Positions 1 to 11,397 of a stretch of DNA of 32,680 nt are shown here, piece after piece (within the stretch, counting starts at the first letter, position 1; every line of letters begins with the position of its first letter). The translations under genes were made by a program, and so were the position numbers. Source of the stretch: Perkinsus olseni (Eukaryota); NCBI GenBank assembly GCA_013115125.1, contig JABANN010000400.1:1-32680 (forward strand), given 5' to 3'. The notes beneath the pieces were generated by a model. The model was not told where the DNA came from and did no database searches. It saw nothing but the letters and a program-made list of their open reading frames with translations.

Positions 1-67
1 CCCGCCGTTCGTGTGGGGCTGCTCTTTGCGGGTCTGGCCGTGCGGCGGCCCCCCCCCCCCCCCGTTT

Positions 68-108
<41 letters not shown>

Positions 109-120
109 CCCCCCCGGGGT
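1..120. repeat. poly-C low-complexity tract, probably a sequencing/assembly artefact near a contig end
   Basis: Long C runs at 49-115; the poly-Pro ORFs are a by-product of them. Confidence 0.7.
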
Positions 121-889
121 CCACGGTTGGCTGAGCGGGATTGCCCAGGCACCCACCGGCTTGGGAGGCTGCGGGGTCAAAAGGAAGAAATCAGGGAACG
201 ATACTTCTTAACTGATAATCTCTAGGATAGACGTTCAAGAATGTTGGCGCTAGTGTCCCCCTTTGTAGTGCTAGGCTGATGACTCACGGCACAGACCACT
301 GTTTCCTGCTTCTTCGGAGGGCGCCCCGCTTCGCCGAGGCAACAATAGGATTTTTACGGGGGTTCAGCGATCTCCCGGCTTCATCGGCGTTGACGAGTAA
401 ACTACATTTATTACACATCACTCGTTTCACGCGTAACGTGCGTGAAACATGTGCGGCTACACAGAACAGCTACCGCTGATTAGTCTACTGCAATCAATGT
501 CACGCTGTCTCTGTAGGTGTCGTCTTAGCTGGCCCACCACATGCATTCGAGTAGACCACGGCCTTGGTTGTCGATATTGTGCGCCACCATCTGAATTCTA
601 ATGTCCTTCGTTGAACCAGGAGCGTCGCACTCCTGCGAATGAGGATCGACGAGCACCAAAGCGTCCCCAGAGACAAGGCGCGAGTATATAGCCTAGCGCA
701 TGAGAACGCTAGCTGTTAGACTAGCAGTGCTAGCGGTAATCACATACCTCAAAGTGCAAGAAAGGTTTCCTATTGTAGGCAATTCAGTGAGTGTGGCCTC
801 GCTTGCTAGTCGGCAGGCCCATTGGAGCGGTGGAATCATCGTTCTGACATCGATTCGTCATCCTTTGCAGTTCTCGGTGCACAGTCAAG

Positions 890-1642
890 ATGCATCTCCC
901 AATGACGAAGTTAGGCCAGTCTTGGCTCATGGGCATTCAAGCAATCACGTTGGTAGCGGCCCAAGAGATGGGGCGGCTCCTCTACACCTTGAGAAAACTA
1001 CCGCATGGCGTTCGATATCTATGAGGACCTTTATGTTGGTTTCACATTTGAGGTTGCGGGTAAACCGGCTTTCGTCGACGGTTTGTATCACTTGAACAAG
1101 AGCATCGCTACTTCCTACATACTCGATCTCAGCTCATCCGAATTGTGTAACTGGTATACACGGATGGAAGAACTTTCCCCTGAGATCGGTTTGAAAGCGG
1201 GTGACCTGATCACTTCGATCTACCGCGGTTCGGACACTATGTTCACCAAATTTCAAGCCAGGATGTAAGGTTCGTAAGGGTCACGTATCCCCTGGTCGCA
1301 GGCACTTTCCTGTACCCTGATGACGGCGAGGAAGCCATCAGGTTCGAGATCACATCTGACGCCAAAGTGTCCATAACGCTCTCGTGTGGTGTAACGCCCC
1401 CTGTGAGAACACAGTCGGGAATGGCCCTTACTTTACGGGAGTCACCTCATCAGACTCCCAGGAGCTTTTATAATGTAGCGCCTGAAAGCATGAGCACCTG
1501 CAACAAGTTCATTGCCGATGTTCGGACGAGCTGTCCTGGATTATCCGTGACGAGTGGCAGCCTCGAAGGGCTGATCTTCGTTCCGCATTCGGTGGTTATT
1601 ACAACGTTTGGTGGAAGCCGGCTGGGACTGAGAAGAAGATGA
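890..1642 (+). pseudogene. Secreted two-repeat hypothetical protein of a Perkinsus-type family, carrying two compensating 1-nt frameshifts (pseudogene or assembly errors)
   Basis: ATG 890/902 gives signal-peptide-like MTKLGQSWLMGIQAITLVAAQEMGRLLYT. Removing one A at 995-997 joins it to NYRMAFDIYE...TKFQ. Adding one G at ~1257 gives GQDVRFVRVTYPLVAGTFLYPD...GSRLGLRRR* (stop 1640-1642). The two halves share a G-x-(F/L)-x-Y ... F-x-G-x-x-(L/V)-x-(L/F)-x-R layout. Confidence 0.65.
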
Positions 1643-1653
1643 GCAGTCCATTG

Positions 1654-1675
1654 CACGGACAGTCCGTGACGGACT
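1654..1675. repeat. 22-bp excision-type scar, 8-mer CACGGACT
   Basis: CACGGAC AGTCCGTG ACGGACT, perfect. Confidence 0.9.
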
Positions 1676-2014
1676 CAGTACGCCACAGTCGGCGGCTTTT
1701 TTCAGAGGACCCTCTCCGGCACCGGCATTCCCACACTATTGTCCGGAATCTCACTCGGTCCCAGTAACCTTACTCTTCGAGTTTTTTGAGCTCATATTGG
1801 TGCCATGCTGTTATCCTATCCGTACTTTTGCTTAGTGAAATTCACTGAGACTCCAATCAGCGGGTGATACTTTTTATTCTTGCTTTTTCTTCTGTTTGCT
1901 TCACTTTCGACAACTTTTTCTAGGAGATGGATACGGATGATTATCATTCGGTTAGAGTTCTCACTATCGGGTTTTGCGGTCCCCGTCTGGATGACGTGAC
2001 GCCGCTTCTCTCAG

Positions 2015-2036
2015 CCCAGTAGTACTGGGCCAGTAC
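2015..2036. repeat. 22-bp excision-type scar, 8-mer CCCAGTAC
   Basis: CCCAGTA GTACTGGG CCAGTAC, perfect. Confidence 0.9.
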
Positions 2037-3572
2037 CACGCATCACGCCATTGCCAGTGTTGGCCAATGATCAGCTACTCACATTCCTCTTCTGGCTGAT
2101 GACGATTGAGCATTGATTGCGTGGTCCATTGACGGCGGCCCATATTAGTCGGTTCTTCCCTGCGCCTCGTGTGTCAGCGTGATATTCTCAGCATCCGTAC
2201 TTTGTTCGGGCCGAGCCATGGCCAGTCTCATCAGTCAACTCAGTGCTTAGACCAACCAAATATAGATTCGATTATGGTGGTCTCCGATCTTACACAAGTT
2301 AGCTTTCTCCGAATATCTCAGTTGCAATGAGTTGAGTACCGGGCGGGGTAACCCTAACACTTGCTAATAGGGAGAATTGCCTTCTTGGCACATGTTATCA
2401 ACATGTTTCTCTACGTTCGAAAAAGGTATATGACCAGCCGCAGGGTATGCCTTGCATACTGTTTTTCGAGTGTCTGAGTGTATTCAACGCTTGTTGCGTG
2501 CTCCGACGGTCGCGCTTTTACCGCACGAGACGATATTGGTCCGAGCGATGCCAATGTCGTCCCCATCGAGGAGAATATCTGCAGATACGGTACGTCCCCT
2601 GCATCCCATCGGCCGCGACAACTAACATGACAGGTCTGCATAATAGGACGCCAAATCTATAAGTGCTACACCCAATTGCTGCGTTATGAAGGTCTCCCCT
2701 CATCCTGATGGGCCATCAGGTCGGCGAGTCGAATGAACGCTAGCATTTTCAGGCTGAGAACACTACACGAGTAGAGGCACGGCGCTCATGTCAGCTTCAG
2801 ATGGCTCAGCAGTAACATAAACTCCCCGCACAGAGTTAACCAGATTGAGGAGCGTCTCCGACGGTTCACTGTGATTTTCGGTGTCGATAACGACGACCGT
2901 CGCGCTGAATGCGTTGACACGGTCGGGTTGACAGTGCATCAATACCATGTATTAATGAGATAACTCAACCATGTTAGAGTAACGAGCAAGTCAGAAGCGC
3001 TCGTGGCCGTTACTGAAATTCTACAATCATCAGTTGCCGACGAGTGTGACGGTGACGCGACGTCACCGGTGACTGCTCCTGGGTCTACCACATCTTTCGT
3101 CGAGGGTCTGGGCGAACAGCAGTAAACACACTGTATCCTGTCTTCTAATCAAGACCTCCAAGGTGAATCTCACTGACAGTATCACTCCCAAGATGGTGGG
3201 AGTGCCCGAGAATGTTTCCGTGGATCACGACACCTCCCGTCAAGAGACAGCCTCCTCCTAGCGCGGCCAATCTGCTAGTAACGCTGGGCAGGCGTGCAGG
3301 CGTTTGTAGAGACCTCAGATTCGATGATCGAATTTCGATCCTATTCAGAGCTATTCTATAGTAGTCTGTGCGACCCACTCTGCGGGTGGTAGGGGAAATT
3401 TGAGATGGTTCGTGAATCATTTGGCTCATATTCGAGACTCAGTCGATGCTTTTCCCTTGCGCCAGTTTCTCTCACGCAGCCAATCCGTAGAGTAGTAGTC
3501 GTAAGAGTAAGAGTAAGAATACCCGGTTTCACAACTACAGTAGCTTGGTTGCATCGCATGCAGTGAAGATCA

Positions 3573-3594
3573 CTCCAGTGACTGGAATCCAGTC
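3573..3594. repeat. 22-bp excision-type scar, 8-mer TTCCAGTC
   Basis: cTCCAGT GACTGGAA TCCAGTC, 1 mismatch; 13 bp upstream of the PLC ATG. Confidence 0.8.
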
Positions 3595-3607
3595 GTCAAT
3601 TCACTCC

Positions 3608-4664
3608 ATGGCCTTGCTGCTTACCTTGGTAATCCTTCAGTCGGCTACGACTTCTGGCCGGACTCGTGAATTTGGAGATATTCCCCTGAATGAATGGCCG
3701 ATGCTGATGTGAGTGCAGCGCCGTCACATCACCTGATAACCGGTCTCAGGTCTCACGACTCTGCCACTGGGTACATCTCCGAAAAAACTTTCCTATGGCA
3801 ATTATCTAAGACACAAAATGGTGATTTCACAGCACAGCTGAATTGTGGTGTCAGAGCGTTCGACCTTCGCCCTTTGTGCAACGCAGACGGCGTTTATATG
3901 CATCATGGGATTCAGCCCATCAAATATAGGATAGAAGATGTTGTAAAGGACATAATCACCTGGGCTGGTGAACATCCGAGGGAGTTCATCTCGCTGGTTA
4001 ACAGTCACTACTCTCCCAACACCGATGACTGTAAGGGCAAAGTTTGGCAGACTATGGCTACTCTGAATCTCATGCCATCTATTGGATCGGATGGGTCATG
4101 TGATAGGCTGAAGGGCCTCACCACCAATCAGGCTATGAAGATGACTGCACTTACAGGAGGTAATACACCGTCCTCAAATTATGTCCTCTCTTGCCGCTTC
4201 TCACGGAGCAATTCTCAGGTGGGCATGTCTTCGTTCTGGAGGGTGAGGGTATGTGCGTCGATGCCAACTACGATGCCTCTCTTACATGCTACCGTGAGAA
4301 TGGAGACTGTCTTAAGGGGTCACCCGGCAGTGAAGACATCAACAAAGAGTTGTTCCTTTACATCAATGAAACTGCCTCCAGGAAACCCAAGACTAATCTG
4401 ACTACGATCCAAGCGCATTGGCAATATGATTCGACGTCAGTAGAGAAGATGCTCAAGGCCGGGTCGAATATCCTGAATGATACGAAGCTCAGCGGCATCA
4501 ACAAGAAGCTCATTGGTATCATTCCGCAGCTGGAATATATCAATCTCCTCGAAGTCGATAATGCCTGTCTCGATGGGGTTGAATTGGCTGAATCTTTGAA
4601 GGCCCGGAGAGAGAATCTTGGCCAAGGTCAGGCCGGTTCTACAACCACAAGTGATAGCACTTGA
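3608..4664 (+). CDS. Secreted PLC-like phosphodiesterase (PI-PLC X-domain, TIM barrel); 3 exons 3608-3708, 3750-4159, 4219-4664
   Basis: Signal peptide MALLLTLVILQSATT; PLNEWPMLMSHDSATGY (first catalytic His); TQ...QLNCGVRAFDLRP; YMHHG (second His); EFISL. GT-AG introns 3709-3749 and 4160-4218 restore one frame. Confidence 0.85.
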
Positions 4665-5415
4665 CTCCTATCATAGAAGCCAATTATTTATTGATCTATT
4701 CTCTTTCCGTTGCCTTTTGTATTTACACCACTAGCTTAAGCTACCATACATCTCATCACTTGGTTTTTTCAAGACCAACCATTATCAATATTCTCTTTGT
4801 TTGTTGCGATACACCTTCTCCCTATGCAGTGTCACGGGGCTTATTAAGTTATAGAGGATAACGGAGCATTTAGATTGCCCTTGCGTTCAATTCGAACCTT
4901 TCACACTGTGTGTCAGTCACACACCGAGTCTCACTTCGACGTTGGGCGGGAACAAGTTTGCTGGACAGTGAAACCCTCCTTTTTTCCTGGTTCGGCAGCC
5001 GTTTCACGCGCGGGCGGATGCTGTATGACTGATGGCGATTATAGGCTGCATGCACTTTATGTGAGCGTATCTCCCCACCAGAGAAAAAAGGGTTTTAACG
5101 CCAAAAGAGACGTCATCATCAGTGGTAGCGGTATCCCAGGCTCTCACCACGACAAATGTGTTGAATGCGTTTGTCGTGGTGAGAGCCGTCGTGAGAGCCG
5201 TGGTGAGGGCTGATTGAAGGATTCATGATGGCAACCACAGAAATCGAGATAATCGGCCTCGTGGTCGGTGGTCCTTAGATTACCTCACGATGGCTATCAG
5301 GGCTCACGAATTAACGCAATGTCCCCATCTAAGCGAAGGTAGCAGAAAAGAGCGTCGGGCAATAGTACAGGTGAATGTTTGCAAATAATGGTCAATAAGT
5401 CTCTTCGTGTTCGTG

Positions 5416-8400
5416 TCAATCGTTATCACCTTCGGCTTTCATCTGTTGCTGGCCTGCGAACTCCCTTTCAATCGACTCTTTGGCTTGCCGTAGGAGATGC
5501 TCCAAGAGACCGCTCGGCACCGACGGTAATTTGGCGTTATCAACACTGAATGCCTCCTCCTTGTAGTCCGACTTGGGTGTCATCAAGCCCGAGACCGAGG
5601 CACTCCGGTTCAATCCAGACGGGCCGCATTTCCCAGCATGCCATTCAGACGCCACTGTATAAAGTGTGAAGGGCACAGTTGCGATGGCCGGGCCGAGGAT
5701 GACCCCACGGGCGCCGAACCAGCTGACACCGAGGCCGACGGCGACTGCGGACATCCACGGATTAGCATCGGGGATCTCTGAATAGATCGCCGGCCCCACA
5801 TACCACCAGACGAGGAAGTTGAGCACAGTGGCTATGGCACCGCAGACTTGCGCCATACCTCGGTCGTAGGAGAGGAAGATGTAGGGTACAATTAAGAAGG
5901 ACACTAAGCACGGGGATACCTGACCATTAGTTGGTGATGGAGTGGTATGAATGGGGACCTACCACTGGGAGAAGGCCAATAATAAAGGCGATGCAGGCCG
6001 GTATATAGGCCACTGGACAATCAAATACCTGAGATCGGGAAGCTAATGGACGAGCAAAGCACGATTTATCTCACAACCTACAGAGAAGACAAGCCACGTG
6101 TATACAGCATGGAATAGGGACATCTTAATTGCACTATAGAGTATGGCCTTGAGGGCCCTACGGACGATGTTGTAGAGGTAGAAGGAAGGGTCGATCACTT
6201 GTAGCACCTAATAAATAGGAGGAATACTTCACAGGCTGCCGAGGGCACGGATGTTTCATCAACAGCGGACAGCACTATGTGATATACGACCTCTTCCCCA
6301 CAGTGCAGCACGACCGCCGCTTGTCGCTTACAGTGGCCATGTAGTCATGCAGGCCTCCCTGCTCCGACTGTAGGAGGTAGTATAAAGCCGTTACAGCAAA
6401 GAAGAAGTGGAAGAGGGAGTCCACCAATGTCCCAACTATACCACTCACCACACTTAACGAAAACTGTATACCAGCCTGAGGGAGAACAACATCGAGGCAA
6501 GCGATGATACTGGTGGTGGTACTAGAGAGGCATGTCCGGAGGCTGCGAGGAGGTCCATGAGAAGGCTCCCGACGAGCGTAACAGCGCTGCTCTGCGTGGG
6601 GTTATCTTCCGTCTCTCGATCCACAGGGCCATGGGCGTTGGCACCCGCGTCGTAATACTGGCGTACCTGAAAACCCCCTCATCGCGACGTGTTGGCAGTT
6701 CATTGCCGATGACCTCCTTGTATGCCGACAGCAGCATAGATGGGGAAGTGACTAAAGACTTCAAGTTCCAATCCTGCAACAGCCGGGCAACCTCAGTAGT
6801 GTTGCCCAGTGGCACTGCCGGGTGACCACTGGTGCCCATAGTGTAGCTGTCATCGAAGATATCTTCAACCCCCTTCGCATAGGTGCATCCCGGGAAGGAT
6901 CCGACACACTGGAGGAACACCTCATCCCCAGCGGATGATGATGAAGACACATATGGTACTGAGGCGTTGGTTGCACCGCCCGATAGTATCTGAGCAGTGA
7001 CGTATAAGAAGGAGAACAGGTAGAAATTTCGGTAATGTCGTTGCTTTGTAATATATTTCTTTCCCCTGTCCATTCGGATGAGTGGTTTTCGACCTTACCC
7101 GGCGCCCTGAATTGCCAGGCTCGAGGGCCTTGAGCCTGGGCATGTAGACAAAACTGTTGAGAGGCACTACACTACTAATTTTCATCACGGCTACCAATCC
7201 CCATAGCGACAATTGATATCACGACAACCAAAGGGTATTAATTTTAGATTAATAATTTATCGTCCAACATGTTGAATAACCTGGCTTCCGCTGCGGCTGT
7301 TTGGGTCATGATTAGGCGACAGATAAGTCCTATGAATGAATGAATGAACTGGACGTCAGTTCGAGGTTTAGTAGGGTTCAATGAACAATTGGCCACGAAT
7401 TGTCGCGATCGCGTATTAAGTTCAGAATTGCCTCAGCTGAGTTTGTTAATGTGTTTGTTTGACAATCAGAAGGACCCGAGTTGAATCTAGGCAAATACTA
7501 ATAGGTTAATACTGGCAAATACTTAAATCTAGGTTAATACTGGTGCCAGTATTAACCCACTCAATCTCATATCCACGTGGAAGCTTCGCCTTTCCCGTGC
7601 GAGTCAAGTTGACTCAGTCAACAGTGTTGACTCAACACCTCTTACGCGGTGTCTTTACCACCGCCTTGCTCTCCTTATCGCCTTTCTCATCCCCTGGTAA
7701 CGCCTGTTTGGCGATGCTAACGACTCGCTGATGAAGTATCGGCGATAATCATCGACCAGGCGCGCGCTGACCCTCACGCACGAGCCGACAAAAGACATCA
7801 AGCCCTGCATCACTGCAGGCTCTAGTTGGGTTTTTCACCTCGTCTCTCAAGTCGGGAGGGGCCAGCCGTCCAGGCCAGTAGGCCGGAATGGAAGCACATC
7901 TAGCTTATGTACTTTTGAGAACCCACACGTCGTGAATCACGAGGTGTGGCTTCCCAATATCACGTTTCGTGATGCCGGCCGGGATTCCCGGCCCGCGGGG
8001 CGACTGTCGATTCGGTAAAGGCGGTCTTGATGGGCCCAACACGTCCGGCCCGGAAGTTCCGGGCAGAGAGCCTGAAGCAATCGCGCGCGATAGCCGCTTC
8101 GCACTCACCACAAAAGTCCTCATCGCATTTCGACTATCGGAAATTTCGATTCGAAATCACCATACCGGACTGGGTACAAACCCCAGTCAGCACTCCCACA
8201 GCTTGTGATAAAATTACTCCGCCTCCGGTATTCCGGGAGAATTTGTGGGCCCGGCCCACAGGCAAGCTCTAGCCCACTGTGGGCTGCCCTTAGCTCTTAC
8301 AGCTCAGCGTCCATTGCAGACTTGAAACGGTTGTTTGGTCGGACGGCCTCCCGGGAAATGTTTGGGCACGGGGTCCTAGTAGCGCCAACGGTAATTGCCC

Positions 8401-11193
8401 AACCCATTCTATAATCATCTGTGACACCGGTACTTCTCACCAGCTTCTCGGCAGCACTCAGCACAACGCCAAGGGATAGGTCACTTATTATTGGGTAGTT
8501 GTCGTTACACCATGGGTGCCCCGGCCCAACCAGCTGGTAGTAACCATCAGAGCTTTCAGCGTTTGTGAGTGGTCGGAAGGGGCGCCAGCCAACGGCGGGT
8601 CTACACCATACCCACAGTTGACATAATGCTGCGGCGCGGACGTCGCTGGACACTCAACCATTGTTCAACTGGTAGCTTGTCAGATGTGATATTTTGCACA
8701 ACCCTCTCCGTAAAGCAATCGAATAGACGAGTTTTCAAAATAGGTTTCAGGACTAGCAGGGCAGTAGTGAGCCGAGAAGTTTGACTTGGGACTCCCAAGT
8801 TGGGAGGGCCTCAGCATTAGATACGGAATATCACGAGGATTTCGAAAAGTTTCTTCTTCAAACTCGCCCTGTGAGAGTTTTTGGTGGGACAGGCTGTATT
8901 CTGCAAGTTAACAGCCTGTGTGATAGTATATAACAATATTCAGACCAGACAAGTACCGTCTATGTGATGAGAACTTCTCATTGAGAAGTAATTCTTATCC
9001 GATCTGAATGCCATATCTGAATGCAGCTGAGATTTTTCCAGCTCAGCCTGAGCTGGAAAAATCGAGTGAAGGATCACAGGCCATGACAACCGATCTATAT
9101 AAGTACCTCAGTTGACTCAAATCGATCTCCCAATCTTTCCTACCGTACCCGCAAACGGTGATGTATTACCATTTCGATGTAGTTGTAGAGATCCCTAGTC
9201 TTGGTGGTCACGGAGTCCGTCTCGATAAAGTGCGTCACCGCGTCACTCGCAGCTGAGTAGGCCAGCTCCGCGTACTGCTTGTAGGGATGAAGCGCCTGCA
9301 TCTCCAGCAGACTTCGCGCGCCACGGAATAGACTGCCAATGGCGTCCCAGAGAAAGGCAAATTCAAGGGATATATTATAACCGATGTAGGCCGCCAGGAC
9401 AGTACCCAAGACAGAGAAAAGGATCATCACGCTGGTGGCGGAGATGAAATCCGCGTTGGACTTTATGAAATTGTTGCATGCTCTACCACACCATGACCAC
9501 ATCATCAAGAAGCCATCATAGGAGGCCGTGAAGATGCGCTGGCTGATACGCCGTAGTGCGGTATGGGAGCCTCCATCCTCCGCCACTGAGGTGGGGTCGT
9601 CGATGCTGTCAGGATCCGAGGGCGGCCCTTCTGATGATGACTCACAACTCGGTGACTCAGACGCCGCGACCTGAACCAGAACACTACCTGCTGATAGTCA
9701 ACAAGGCATCACCACACGAACCGGTAAATGAGTTCGTCCGCTGTATCGCCCACCGCTTCTACTACCCTTTAGGTACTTCACTTTCTCGTACCATTTTCAA
9801 CAATGACCCCGGGATCTTATTTTTATGGTGCCTTACTGATGATACCACGACTATCGCTCTATCGTATGATTTGCGGCTAATAATATCAATACTCTCACTG
9901 GTATCGTTTCTGGAGCTAACTAGAGATATAAATTAGTACTATCATAATTCTGACGTGGCCAGACGCCCGACTTTCCCAGAAGTCCATGTAATGCGATACC
10001 ACAACTCGACCACCACCTGCGCACTTCGAGGCCCTTCCCCTCACTACACTATTATCATCATCGGGCCGGTCTTCCCTGCCAGCTGGAGTGGTACTCCGTT
10101 TCCCTCCACTGGCCTTCCTAGACCTACTCCTCGACCGACTCCGCCGCGTACTACTACCGGCTGTACTGCTCCTCGTTCTCCTTCTACTTTTATGCAGATA
10201 CAAGAACACTTTCCCGAGACCACATAGCCATCGCACCACCAAGACGGACACGGCGATGATGGTCACGTATCGGAATATAGCGCTGTATATTGCTGGGAAG
10301 GCCCAAGCAAACTTCCAAAAATAAAGATATAATATTACCGCGCGCCACAAAATTCTGAAGTACAGACTGCTACCACCATCGTCCCTCGGCAGTAGTACAT
10401 AAACCAGACAGCGATACAACACAGTGGCCGCGTCCCTGGCTTGCCGAAGAGACATCTTGAGGATGGCGCGAGAAGGGCTCAGTGGGGCTTCGGCTCCCCC
10501 ACCTCTGCTCTGCATTAGGGAAGGTGCGGCGGTGGACTCCTCGTCCTATGAAGAAGCGCCGATGTACTGGCTAGAGGAATCTAATGCCCACGCACGGCTC
10601 AGATACGACTATCACAAACAGGCCTTCTTTGATACCAATTTTTTCGTAATTCATGGCCGATAAATTTCCCCCCAACAACACGAACGACGAGCTCCTACCT
10701 GAGCGAATTGCGCTGTTGCAGAGTGGTGGCCGTCACGATCCGTTGATGTCGCGTCATCCCTGTATACCAGCACCGACCCACTAGGCCTCGACCTCCGGCC
10801 AGAGCGCCACTCCTGCGGGCTGCGTACCGTAATTTGTGGTATGTGAAATAAATTCAGCAACGCACTCTTGATAACTTGCTTCGGCGGGAACAACAAAAGG
10901 TACGCCACAATAACCCAGAAGAGCGTCTGCAGGAAGGGATACAGCAGCACATAATTCAGCCCCAGCAAAGCAGTAACACCGATGCACAGTAGAATGACCA
11001 AGTACGCCCGCACCCACATCGAGGGCTGCGCTGAGGCCCTGCTCGACTCGTACACTACACGAGTAAGACGCCGTTCTAAGCGGACCTCGTGATCATAGAG
11101 GGCCTCCGTGAAGGCATGCACTAGCTTGACATCATCCTGATACCTCTCGCCATCAGGCCGCCCTGCATCATGAGTGATGGAAGGCCCAGACAT
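5416..11193 (-). CDS. Multi-pass membrane protein, TMEM245 / AI-2E transporter-like; multi-exon with a ~1.9 kb intervening insert
   Basis: N-terminal part LNYVLLYPFLQTLFWVIVAYLLLFPPKQ (10651-11193 ORF), further TM exons at 9916-10515 and 9140-9586, luminal exon ~6520-6990, C-terminal AVGLGVSWFGARGVILGPAIATV typical of AI-2E/TMEM245. Joining both halves into one gene is an inference. Confidence 0.65.
7601..7638. repeat. Two overlapping 22-bp scars, 8-mers GAGTCAAC and GTCAACAC
   Basis: GAGTCAA GTTGACTC AGTCAAC (7601-7622) and GTCAACA GTGTTGAC TCAACAC (7617-7638), both perfect. Confidence 0.9.
8785..8806. repeat. 22-bp excision-type scar, 8-mer CTTGGGAG
   Basis: CTTGGGA CTCCCAAG TTGGGAG, perfect. 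Confidence 0.9.
8967..8988. repeat. 22-bp excision-type scar, 8-mer ATGAGAAG
   Basis: ATGAGAA CTTCTCAT TGAGAAG, perfect. Confidence 0.9.
9031..9063. repeat. Perfect palindrome, 16-bp arms, 1-nt centre
   Basis: GATTTTTCCAGCTCAG C CTGAGCTGGAAAAATC. Confidence 0.95.
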
Positions 11194-11397
11194 GATGACC
11201 TCATAGGATACTGAAGCGATACCACTCTCTCCAAGCTGGAGACTTGCCCCTTAGTGACTTGATAACACAGAGCCGACTATCTATGATACTGATGGAGAAA
11301 GTCTGAACACTCTATGCAAACAGTCTTGAAAAACAACAACATCGACAACAGGGACCATCTTATAATACTACCACACATCTCACTATAAATTACTAGC

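Larger units (their letters stand above)
7200..9085. mobile_element. Degenerate, probably TE-derived insert inside the TMEM245-like locus
   Basis: Far longer than the local ~50-nt introns; (TGAA)4 tail at 7333-7348; broken - strand ORFs at 8297-8798; dense in palindromic scars. Boundaries approximate, no TIR or TSD identified. Confidence 0.45.

Noticed and set aside
11-225. Poly-proline ORFs
   Set aside because: Translation of a poly-C tract, probably an artefact.
700-1095. 131-aa ORF with hydrophobic start
   Set aside because: It overlaps the better-supported secreted gene in another frame, and splicing its apparent first intron leads to a stop.
990-1262. Programmed frameshifting like that of Perkinsus mitochondrial genes
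   Set aside because: This is nuclear DNA; neighbouring genes translate cleanly and the two shifts are in opposite directions at homopolymer-like sites.
2300-3560. Several 60-95 aa ORFs
   Set aside because: No recognisable motifs, both strands, no splice-consistent model; probably decayed non-coding or TE DNA.
5172-5210. 12-bp tandem repeat (GT(C/G)GTGAGAGCC) x3
   Set aside because: Ordinary short tandem duplication in a 3' intergenic region.
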